From assembly GCF_000014265.1 (NCBI RefSeq), contig NC_008312.1:7620001-7652000 (forward strand): DNA of 32,000 bases, written 5' to 3'. Shown one piece after another: positions 1 to 9,500 of the stretch (position 1 is its first letter; every line of letters starts with the position of its first letter). The position numbers were made by a program, and so were the translations under genes. The stretch comes from Trichodesmium erythraeum IMS101 (GTDB lineage Bacteria; Cyanobacteriota; Cyanobacteriia; Cyanobacteriales; Microcoleaceae). The notes under the pieces are model-generated. The model worked only from the letters and a program-made list of their open reading frames with translations. It was not told where the DNA came from and did no database searches.

Positions 1-1452
1 CATCATTGTTAATAACAAGGGATTTTCTGACAATTGCTTAATAGCTGAAGAATCTTTAATTGCCCGTTTTAACCTTTCTCTTTTCCGCTCCTTTTCTCGC
101 TCATCTTGATAAGTCAAATCGTGCCAACGTTGAATAAAAGTTTCAATTTGTTCCGACTCCAAATCTTGCAATATAAAATGATAAAATTCTGCATCCCGGA
201 GTTTTTGTGGCTTATAACCAATTACCCGAGAAGTAACAATAACTTGCACATTTTTATAGTCATTAGTAAACCTATGAATATCAGTAATTATCTGTTCTCT
301 TTTGGCAAGCTCGAAAACTTCATCTAACCCATCAAACATCATAATTGCATTACCATTTTGCAATTTAGTATGAAGTTCTTCCTGAGGTAAATGGCAACTT
401 ACACCACTACCTTTTTCCAAAAAATCTAGAAAACTATTACATTTATTCTCATTATGGTTGCGTACATAAGTCCGCAGTTCAATTAATAGAGGAATTGGGT
501 TTAAAGATAAATCTTTCAGAGGTAATTCTGCCCATTGCAAAGCGATATATTGTAATAAAGTAGATTTACCAGAACCGGGGTCTCCCAGAATAACTAAATA
601 TTTATAGTTGTTATATTCTATTAATTCTAAAACTGAGTGAGTCTGTTGCTCAAAATACCTACGCCGGACACTTTTCAGTTGTTCTTGAGAAAGTTCTGCT
701 TCTAATTGTCTAGTGTCTCTTAATTTGGAGAGATATTCTTTAGGAATTTCATGTATTTGAGGCATAAATTCCTGAGATTCTCGGACATTTTGAGGAATAA
801 ACATTTTCCATAATTTCAATTCATTATAACTATAACCACTGGTCTCTAAACTTTCTAATTTGAGATTTCCATATTGTTCTAGGATTCCTTCTTGATATTT
901 TTTTAAGTCAAATTCTGGTCTGATTTTAATGTCTTTGTTTACAATCTCTTCCAGATTTTTTGAATCTAATATTGACCGTAGTTCTTGGGAATTTCGGATA
1001 ATATTTTTGACATTTCTCTGATGTTGCTTTGCTAGAAATTCCCAGTCAAAATTATCTGGTAAAGGTGGGTTTATTTGTTTCCATGAAATAGCCAGCTTGT
1101 GAGTATCTAAAATTTTGATTTTATTATCAAAAGCACTAATCAAAACCTCTAAAACAGATCCTTCTTTAATAAAAGATTTGAAATATTGAGAATACTTATT
1201 TAAGTCACTTTCACTCAATTCAGCATTTTCTAACTCTTGATATCCTAAGTCTAAAAAATCTTTAATTGCTTGTTTAGTAGCTTTTTTTAAAGGTTCTCCA
1301 TTTGCTATTCCACCAAAAGCATCAGAGAAACTTTGCTTAAAAAAATCTTTAACATAGTCTTCGGCAGCGCCCTTAGCTAATACTCCGACAACTTCATTCG
1401 CAATACATTTAACCGCTTCACTACTTCCCCAAGTAATTAACCATTCAATCAT
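1..1452 (-). CDS. NACHT-type STAND P-loop NTPase, N-terminal 484 codons (C-terminus lies beyond the left window edge)
   Basis: Own translation of the minus strand from ATG (complement of 1450-1452), MIEWLITWGSSEAVKCIANEVV..., stays open to position 1. It carries the canonical NACHT motif series: Walker A YLVILGDPGSGKSTLLQYIAL (complement of ~550-610), Walker-B-like NAIMMFDGLDEV, VQVIVTSR, and ENPLLLTMM at the edge. It is missing from the ORF track only because no stop codon lies inside the window. Confidence 0.85.
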   Translation of the reverse strand, partial: MIEWLITWGSSEAVKCIANEVVGVLAKGAAEDYVKDFFKQSFSDAFGGIANGEPLKKATKQAIKDFLDLGYQELENAELSESDLNKYSQYFKSFIKEGSVLEVLISAFDNKIKILDTHKLAISWKQINPPLPDNFDWEFLAKQHQRNVKNIIRNSQELRSILDSKNLEEIVNKDIKIRPEFDLKKYQEGILEQYGNLKLESLETSGYSYNELKLWKMFIPQNVRESQEFMPQIHEIPKEYLSKLRDTRQLEAELSQEQLKSVRRRYFEQQTHSVLELIEYNNYKYLVILGDPGSGKSTLLQYIALQWAELPLKDLSLNPIPLLIELRTYVRNHNENKCNSFLDFLEKGSGVSCHLPQEELHTKLQNGNAIMMFDGLDEVFELAKREQIITDIHRFTNDYKNVQVIVTSRVIGYKPQKLRDAEFYHFILQDLESEQIETFIQRWHDLTYQDEREKERKRERLKRAIKDSSAIKQLSENPLLLTMM

Positions 1453-2201
1453 AATTATTTAACATCATTGGTATAGTTATTATTAATTATAACCAAAAAT
1501 ATCTATTTGTAGTTACCCTTTAACATCAGTTTATTTAAGTAGTTCAGTGAGACTACTTGGACAAAAGAATTCATTAAACAGGTACATCTTAATCAGGTTA
1601 ACTGAAATGGTTTATACATAATTTTTCTAGTCTGATGCTATATTTCTATTCAGTTCCTCTTTTTTTCAATATTTACTCTAATTTCAGTTTTTCTTATTCT
1701 CTATTACGTTTATAATAAACATTTATAACCTTTGGTATAACAAAACTGAAATAGTGTATGATAAGAGGTTAGATATTCCTAAGTATTTTTGATGATTTAA
1801 ATTTTTATTTAAACATTTTATTGTAGCACATCTAGATTTATTTTGTGGGTAAGTTTCATGATTTAAGGTCTATTCCTCGACCCAACTCCAGGGAGGAGAG
1901 GGGAGAGATACTGTCCATACCCTAATAGGGAATGGGGTCTCAGGTCTAGGTCTTACTAGAATTTAAGCTAAGAGGTTTAACTACAATAATGAATGAAACA
2001 TGATTTTTAGAGTTTTATAATATTATGTATAAAAATTTGGTATAGTGAAATTAATCAAATTTAATTAAATTATAGCTATTTTCAGTAAACTATAAATATG
2101 GAGATGTTGCATGAAAACTTCTTACAAGATGATCATTTTTTTGTAATTTATTTATTGGCCTTAAAACTGTTGTAAATTATTATAAAAATAGGTTACTTTA
2201 A

Positions 2202-3740
2202 ATGTTAAATAACATATACTCCCATCACCAAAAAATCAGTAAATTAATAGGAGGAATATTATTATCAGCGATCACATTAACTAGCTGTACTCCCCAAAAT
2301 CAGACCCTCATACTCTCAAGCGGCGTTGAAGGTGGAGCATACGAGCGTATTGGCAGACAAATAATACATTCAGCTAGTGATGTTGGGAAAATATCTATTG
2401 ACGACAATATATCCCAGGGTTCACAGGAAAACCTACAACGCCTGCGCAATAGAGAAGCAGATATTGCCCTAGTTCAATTAGATGTAGCTAGCGAAGCTAT
2501 GAAAGCTGGACAAATACAAGCAGTAGCTGTTCTTGCTAATGAATATTTGCACCTCATTACCCTATCTGACTCGGAAATAAAAACTTTTCAGGATCTCAAA
2601 GAAAAAAGAGTTAGCTTTAGTACTCCTGGCAGCGGTACTTACTTTACTGCTAAACGACTATTCAGTGCTACAAATTTAAAAATCATAGAAGAAGAACTTG
2701 ATCTAGAACAAGGGTTTAATAAACTTAAACAAAGAGAAATAGATGCTTTAGTTTATGTCGGTCCCTTGGGAGGCAGTAAAAAAGTGAAAAGCCAACTAAC
2801 GAGTCCTCCTAGTCTTAAATTAGTTCCCATAACGACTTCTTTTATTAACTATTTAACTATTCAATTTCCAGAGTCATACCAAAGTACAGTCTTTCCCAAA
2901 GGTAGTTATATGCCTCTATCACCAATACCGGAGAAAGATTTACCGACTATTTCTACTGCTGCTGCTTTAGTAACTCGCCCTGATGTTAGCAAAGAAAAAA
3001 TTGCTCTTTTAACTTGGTCTTTGATTTCATCCTATCAAAAATACTCGTTATTTGATCCAGAATTTTCTCAGGACGACCCTGAGTCTTTGTTGAGTAATGG
3101 TTTACTATATCTCCATCCTGGTGCTAAACTATCATTTGAGCAAGGGGATCCTAGAAAAATTTGGATGCGTTACTTTGAGGAAAATCAAGACTTACAAGCT
3201 AGTTTTATTATTATTTTGTTTACAGGTATTCTCGGTTTTATGCTACGAATGTGGCGTCATAAACAGTGTAAAAAGCTGATTATAAATACCCATTTAGCTC
3301 TCAATGAAATAAGTATGTCTGCACAAACAAATCCTAGTAAAGCTCTTAAAGAGGTGGAAGAGTTAAGACACCAACATCGGTTAATGTTGGTTGAAGGAAA
3401 TTTGTCTAGAGAAGCTTATGAAAAACTAGAGCATATGACACAAGATCTTGCTAATAAGTCTCGAAAACTACAAGAAAAACAACATCGAAAAGATATTCAA
3501 AATACAATAGCATTAATTGATGAGTTTCAAAGTCTTTCAGGAATATGCCAAGAAAAAATGAGAGAAAGACTGGAAACTGCAGCTAATAAATATAGGGAAA
3601 TGTTATTATTAAATCAAATTGATATTCAGACTTACATTCATCTAAACCAGCAGGTTCGTTCCTATCTCAACCAAAATAATAATCATTATTATCAGGTTAA
3701 TAATAATCGTCATTTTCCTATAGGTTCAGAGGATAATTGA
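2202..3740 (+). CDS. TAXI-family-like periplasmic solute-binding lipoprotein fused to a TM helix and a ~170-aa coiled-coil/N,Q-rich tail
   Basis: Lipobox-like signal (LLSAITLTSC). The motifs GGAYERIGRQI and SQGSQENLQRLRNREADIALVQLDVA resemble the TAXI TRAP-receptor signature (GG.Y...G ... GS.eNl..l..geaD.al.q.D). A hydrophobic helix (ASFIIILFTGILGFMLRMW) is followed by heptad-like charged sequence. Confidence 0.55.
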   Translation: MLNNIYSHHQKISKLIGGILLSAITLTSCTPQNQTLILSSGVEGGAYERIGRQIIHSASDVGKISIDDNISQGSQENLQRLRNREADIALVQLDVASEAMKAGQIQAVAVLANEYLHLITLSDSEIKTFQDLKEKRVSFSTPGSGTYFTAKRLFSATNLKIIEEELDLEQGFNKLKQREIDALVYVGPLGGSKKVKSQLTSPPSLKLVPITTSFINYLTIQFPESYQSTVFPKGSYMPLSPIPEKDLPTISTAAALVTRPDVSKEKIALLTWSLISSYQKYSLFDPEFSQDDPESLLSNGLLYLHPGAKLSFEQGDPRKIWMRYFEENQDLQASFIIILFTGILGFMLRMWRHKQCKKLIINTHLALNEISMSAQTNPSKALKEVEELRHQHRLMLVEGNLSREAYEKLEHMTQDLANKSRKLQEKQHRKDIQNTIALIDEFQSLSGICQEKMRERLETAANKYREMLLLNQIDIQTYIHLNQQVRSYLNQNNNHYYQVNNNRHFPIGSEDN

Positions 3741-4215
3741 TTTGTCAAGTTTGTTGTTGTTTATGGTTCGGGTTTAGCTCTTTTTGTTAATTAATTACAA
3801 TAGCAAAATTTGGTGTATAACTTTGGTTTATAACTATTGAGTTATATTTGAGATTATTTAAATGACCATTAGCACTTCCAAATACGTTAAGAAAAAATAG
3901 TTGCTACACTTTTGAAACGATAAACAGAAAATATCAATTCGCATTTGTGGCCGTTATTTTTTCTGTGACTAAAAGTTTAGTCCAAAAACTGGTAAAACAA
4001 TACAAATAAAAATAACTCTTTTAGGGTAAGTATATCTCAAGATGTTAAGTTTTATTAACAAATTCAATATTTATGCTCAAACCCTTATGTTCTCGTTGCC
4101 AAAAATACACTACGAGGGTTTCAGAAGCTTCCTGAACCTGCCTTTTCTTCTTGGATATTTCCTGTTGCTAAAAATTTAATTGTGATATGATGTAGTCCAA
4201 AAACTAGTTGAGGAT

Positions 4216-5325
4216 TTGCTTATGACTATATCACTTCCCCCTAAAAATTCAGAAAGAAACCAAAATGTAGAGCAAATTGACTATTCAATTTTACAAAATA
4301 TTACTCCTGTAGCTAATGAAATTGACAGTAACCCACGAGAATTAGAAAAGGCTTTAATGAGTTTGGGAAAATCAGGTTTATTAGGACTACGAGTTCCTAA
4401 AAAATGGGGGGGTTTAGAATTAAATCAACAAGATTATTTTAATTATCAATTACTTTTAGCAAGACATTCTGGTGCGTTATCTTTTCTCCAAACCCAACAT
4501 CAAAGTGCAGCGGCAATGTTAGCATCAAGTCAAAATTATCAATTACAAAAACAATATTTACCCCATTTGAGCTACGGCAAAATATTATTAGGAATAGCCT
4601 TTTCTCAACTTCGACGCTCTGGGGAAGCACCTGTGAAAGCTGTTCCAACTACGGATGGATATTATATAGAAGGAGTTGTACCTTGGATAACTGGTTGGGG
4701 TATATTTCAAGAGTTTATTATTGCAGCAAAATTACCTGATGGTCAAGCAATTTTTGGTATGATGCCTTTTGTTGAAAATAATCAATTAAATGGCAATATT
4801 ACTTTCTCAAAACCTATGCAGTTGTGTGCTATTAATTCAACTAATACTGTTAGTGCTACAGTTAAGAATTGGTTTTTACCTAATTCACGTTTAGTTTCTA
4901 TTAAACCTAAAAATTATATTCAAGAAAACGATATAAAAAAAATATTATACTTTACTTCGTTTGCTTTAGGATGTGCTTTGGCAGGTATAGATGTTATGAT
5001 AGAAGTGTCAAAAAATAAATCTCTAGCTTTTATTACAGATACTATAAGTTCTCTGACAGCAGAGGTTAATCAATGTCGAAGTTCTATAGAATTAGCTAAT
5101 AAAAATCCTGACATAGATTTTGCTACAAAACTTAATCTTAGAGCAAAAGCTATTAATTTAGCTCAACGTTGTGCTACTGCTGCTGTTACTGTTTCTAGTG
5201 GAGCAGCAAATGATAAAAATAATGCGGCGCAACGGGTTTATCGAGAGGCTCTAGTATATACAGTTTCTGCTCAAACTACAGATATTATGGAAGCTACTCT
5301 CAAAACTTTAATTCCTAGATTTTAA
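4216..5325 (+). CDS. acyl-CoA dehydrogenase family-like protein
   Basis: N-terminal region LGKSGLLGLRVPKKWGGLELNQQDYFNYQLLLARHSGALSFLQTQHQSAA and C-terminal AQRVYREALVYTV...DIMEATL match the general ACAD layout at ~370 aa. The start (TTG versus the ATG two codons later) is uncertain. Confidence 0.6.
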   Translation: MLMTISLPPKNSERNQNVEQIDYSILQNITPVANEIDSNPRELEKALMSLGKSGLLGLRVPKKWGGLELNQQDYFNYQLLLARHSGALSFLQTQHQSAAAMLASSQNYQLQKQYLPHLSYGKILLGIAFSQLRRSGEAPVKAVPTTDGYYIEGVVPWITGWGIFQEFIIAAKLPDGQAIFGMMPFVENNQLNGNITFSKPMQLCAINSTNTVSATVKNWFLPNSRLVSIKPKNYIQENDIKKILYFTSFALGCALAGIDVMIEVSKNKSLAFITDTISSLTAEVNQCRSSIELANKNPDIDFATKLNLRAKAINLAQRCATAAVTVSSGAANDKNNAAQRVYREALVYTVSAQTTDIMEATLKTLIPRF

Positions 5326-5590
5326 CTAATACTAATTTTCTAAAGTCTGACTACAGATAATGTTTTAAGAATAAAATTATATCTTTTATAAACTTTAACT
5401 TACTGGCAACGGAAAGTACTGTAATAATTATGGAAATTTTATGCTATAGTCTAAAAGGTTTACCTATAATTACTAACTTTAAATAGGATTTTTCATTTTA
5501 CGGAGCACTCCAAAAATGTTAATTCCTATTTTTATTGTACAATTTTATATTTTCCGTAAGTCAAGATGTGCTTTTTAAACTGAAAATAAT

Positions 5591-6445
5591 ATGACAGAAG
5601 AAAAGATGCTTGGTTTATCACGAGTATTTGAGTGTGAAAATTCTCATCCTAGAGGTGATATTGTTTTTGTTCATGGGTTAGCTGGCCACCCCTGGGGGAC
5701 ATGGCATCCTCAAGGTAAAAAAAATAATCAAAATTTGGACTTTTGGCCTTTTTGGTTGGGGCAAGATTTACAGAAAGATGAAATAGCTGTTAATGTCTGG
5801 ACTTTTGGATATGATGCGCCTCGCTTTGGATATGTTGGTGAGGGCATGCCGCGTTTTGACTTAGCAAGTAATCTATGGGAATATCTAGATGTTAATGATA
5901 TAGGCGATGGCCCTTTAATATTTATCACTCACAGTATGGGTGGTCTGGTTGTTAAAGATTTAATTCGCACTGCTCAAAATTTTGATGAGAAAAAAGCTAT
6001 TATCCAACAGACTCAAGGAATAGTTTTTTTGTCTACTCCCCATCAAGGTTCACATCTGGCTAATTTAATTGATAATTTTAATGTCTTGACAAAAGCGACG
6101 GTTAATGTTAAGGAGTTGAAAGCCCATGGGCCTCAGTTACGGGACCTGAACGAATGGTATCGACAAAATATTGAAAATTTGAATATTAAAACTCATGTCC
6201 TTTATGAAACTAAGCCTATGGCTGGGGTTTTGGTTGTAGATGAGGATAGTGCTAACCCAGGAATTAAGGATGTTAAACCTGTTGCTGTTGAAGCAGATCA
6301 TAATTCTATTGCTAAACCTCGAAAAAATGATTTGGTTTATCTTTCCGTAAAAAAGTTTGTAAAAAAATATTTGGTGCCTCCACCTACACGACAAAAGTTA
6401 GAATCAATATATTTGAGGCCCCCCCACTCCCAAAATATTATGTAG
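5591..6445 (+). CDS. alpha/beta-hydrolase (esterase/lipase-type) module, probably the N-terminal effector domain of the downstream NB-ARC protein and cut off from it by a frameshift
   Basis: Oxyanion-type VFVHGLAGHP, nucleophile elbow ITHSMGG (GxSxG), later VVDEDSA and EADHNSIAKP as candidate Asp/His. The ORF ends at TAG 6443-6445, just after a C7 run (6419-6425). Confidence 0.8.
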   Translation: MTEEKMLGLSRVFECENSHPRGDIVFVHGLAGHPWGTWHPQGKKNNQNLDFWPFWLGQDLQKDEIAVNVWTFGYDAPRFGYVGEGMPRFDLASNLWEYLDVNDIGDGPLIFITHSMGGLVVKDLIRTAQNFDEKKAIIQQTQGIVFLSTPHQGSHLANLIDNFNVLTKATVNVKELKAHGPQLRDLNEWYRQNIENLNIKTHVLYETKPMAGVLVVDEDSANPGIKDVKPVAVEADHNSIAKPRKNDLVYLSVKKFVKKYLVPPPTRQKLESIYLRPPHSQNIM

Positions 6446-6516
6446 ACCGCCCCGAATACAGTGACAATTTAAAGGCTAATCTACTGATAGATTCATTAGA
6501 TAGGCCTGCTATTGTC

Positions 6517-9500
6517 GTGACTGCTATCCACGGTTTGGGTGCTGTGGGTAAGTCTACTCTGGCAACCGCTTTGGCTTATGATGGGGATGTACAATCTCGT
6601 TTTTGTGATGGTATTCTCTGGGTGACTTTGGGCCAAGAGCCTAATATTTTGCCTATGCTTGGTCGTTGGGTCCAGAAGTTGGGTGACTATGATTTTAAAC
6701 CGACAAGTGTGGAGGTGACTGTTAATCATCTGCGGATTTTGCTTTCTGATAAGGCTGTGCTTTTGGTGGTGGATGATGCTTGGAATTCGGACCATGCTCA
6801 AATATTTAATCTGGGTGGTCCCCGTTGTCAGGTTTTGGTGACTACTCGGGAAAGGGCGATCGCTGAGGCTTTGAGTGCTAAGACTTATAGTCTGGATGTG
6901 ATGACCTTGGAGCAGTCGATGTTGTTGTTGAGTGGGAGGTTGGGCCGTGAGATTTGGGGAGAGGAGGCTCGGCAGGCGGAGGCTTTGGTTCAGGAGTTGG
7001 GATATTTGCCTTTGGCTTTGGAGTTGGCGGCGGCTCAAGTTGAGGATGGTCTGTCTTGGGGTGTGCTGTTGGAGGATATTCAAGGAGAAGTTGCTCGGTT
7101 GAGAACGTTGGATCGACCGGGGGCGAGGGATGTTGTTGATGAGGCTAGTTTAAAACGGTTGAGTTTGACTGCTTCGTTGAATTTGAGTCTTAAGAGACTG
7201 GAGCCGGAAACTAGGGAGGGTTTGATTTGGTTGGGGATATTGCCGGAGGATGTGAATATTACTCAGGGGATGACGGCTGTACTCTGGGATATGGATGATG
7301 AGCGGGATGCCAGGGATGAGTTGGGGTATTTGCGGAGTAAGGCGTTGTTGTTGGATGGTGTGGCTTTGTCTGATGGTAAGAAGAGTTATCGTTTACATGA
7401 TTTATTTCATCATTTGGCTCGGAATTTGTTGAGTGCTCCCCTAAAGCCAAGGGGTAGGGGTGCTCTGGCGGGGTTGGGTATTGGTCTGGCTGAGGCTCAC
7501 GGAATATTTTTGGAGAAATATAGGAGGTTAACTGATAATTATCTTTGGCATACTTTGCCTGATGATGGTTATATTCATCAGCATCTGGTCTGGCATTTTG
7601 AAAGGGCGGGGATGATAGGGGATATTCATGGGTTATTGGGGGAGGAGTCGAAAAGTGGGGCTAATGGTTGGTATGAAACCTGCGATGGTTTGGGGCGAAT
7701 TGGGATTTTTATTACTGATGTGGCTCGTGCTTGGGAGTTAGCAGAGGTTGACTGGGATGAAGGTCGGTTGGCTCAAGTTGTTGGTTGGCAGTGTCGTTAT
7801 GCTTTGATCACTGCTTCTATTAATAGTTTGGCAGCGAATTTACGAAGGGAGTTATTGGTGGCTTTGGTTAAAAACAATGTATGGAGTCCTGAGCAAGGGT
7901 TGGCTTATGCATTACAAAAGCCAGATCTACTGGATAAAGTAAAATCTCTGGTAATGTTAGTTGATTATTTGCCAGAAAACTTCAAAAAACAGGCGCTTTC
8001 AGAAGCACTGGCTGCTGCTCGACAGACTCAGGATGAAGACGATCGCGCCAAAGCTCTCAGTGTTTTGGCTAAGAAATTGACACCAGAGTTATTACCAGAA
8101 GCTCTGGCTGCTGCTCGACATATTCAGTATGAAGACGATCGCGCCAAAGCTCTCAGTGCTTTGACTGATAAGTTACCAGAGTTATTACCAGAAGCTCTGG
8201 CTGCTGCTCGACATATTCAGGATGAAGACGATCGCGCCCATGCTCTCAGTGCTTTGGCTGAGAACTTGACACCAGAATTATTACAAAAAGCTCTGGATGC
8301 TGCTCGACGTATTCAGTCTGCATGCTATCGCGCCCAAGTTCTCAGTGCTTTGGCTGAGAAATTGATGCCAGAATTATTACCAGAAGCTCTGGCTGCTGCT
8401 CGACAGATTCAGGATGAAGACGATCGCGCCCATGCTCTCAGTGCTTTGGCTGATAAATTGACACCAGAATTATTACCAGAAGCACTGGCTGCTGCTCGAC
8501 AGATTCAGGATGAAGACGATCGCGCCCATGCTCTCAGTGCTTTGGCTGATAAATTGACACCAGAATTATTACCAGAAGCACTGGCTGCTGCTCGACATAT
8601 TCAGGATAAATACGATCGCGCCCAAGTTCTCAGTGCTTTGGCTGATAAATTCCCAGAATTATTACCAGAAGCACTGGCTGCTGCTCGACATATTCAGGAT
8701 AAATACGATCGCGCCCAAGTTCTCAGTGCTTTGGCTGATAAATTCCCAGAATTATTACCAGAAGCACTGGCTGCTGCTCGACATATTCAGGGTGAAACAC
8801 ATCGCGCCCAAGTTCTCAGTGCTTTGGCTAAGAAACTGACACCAGAATTATTACCAGAAGCTCTGGCTGCTGCTCGACATATTCAGCATGATAAATATCG
8901 CGCCCAAGTTCTCAGTGCTTTGGCTGAGAAATTCCCAGAATTATTACCAGAAGCTCTGGCTGCTGCTCGACATATTCAGTCTGAGCGGGGTCGCGCCCTA
9001 GTTCTCAGTGCTTTGGCTGAGAAATTACCAGAATTATTACCAGAAGCTCTGGCTGCTGCTCGACATATTCAGGATGAATACTATCGCGCCCTAGTTCTCA
9101 GTGCTTTGGCTGATAAATTCCCAGAATTATTACCAGAAGCTCTGGCTGCTGCTCGACATATTCAGTCTGAGCGGGGTCGCGCCCACGTTCTCAGTGCTTT
9201 GGCTGAGAAATTCCCAGAATTATTACCAGAAGCTCTGGCTGCTGCTCGACATATTCAGGATGAATACTATCGCGCCCAAGTTCTCAGTGCTTTGGCTGAG
9301 AAATTCCCAGAATTATTACCAGAAGCTCTGGCTGCTGCTCGACATATTCAGGATGAATACTATCGCGCCCAAGTTCTCAGTGCTTTGGCTGAGAAATTCC
9401 CAGAATTATTACCAGAAGCTCTGGCTGCTGCTCGACATATTCAGGATGAATACTATCGCGCCCAAGTTCTCAGTGCTTTGGCTGAGAAATTACCAGCAGA

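Noticed and set aside
106-327. Track ORF 106..327 (+), 73 aa
   Set aside because: It is antisense to the clearly motif-bearing NACHT gene on the minus strand, and its translation is low-complexity and AT-driven.
3097-3279. Small internal or antisense ORFs inside annotated genes (3097..3279, 4439..4648, 5728..5928, 6137..6394, 10644..10955, 18076..18345, 18826..19050, 19475..19669, 19888..20121, 21388..21669, 21760..22655 group, 24388..24609, 26243..26491, 29687..29878, 30030..30254)
   Set aside because: All overlap longer ORFs that carry family motifs. Their translations show no motifs and have the composition expected of out-of-frame or antisense reading.
6496-7450. Antisense ORFs 6496..7083 (-) and 7259..7450 (-)
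   Set aside because: They lie opposite the NB-ARC coding region. Their low-complexity Q/S/L/H/P-rich translations follow from the strong G+T skew of the sense strand, and no motifs are present.
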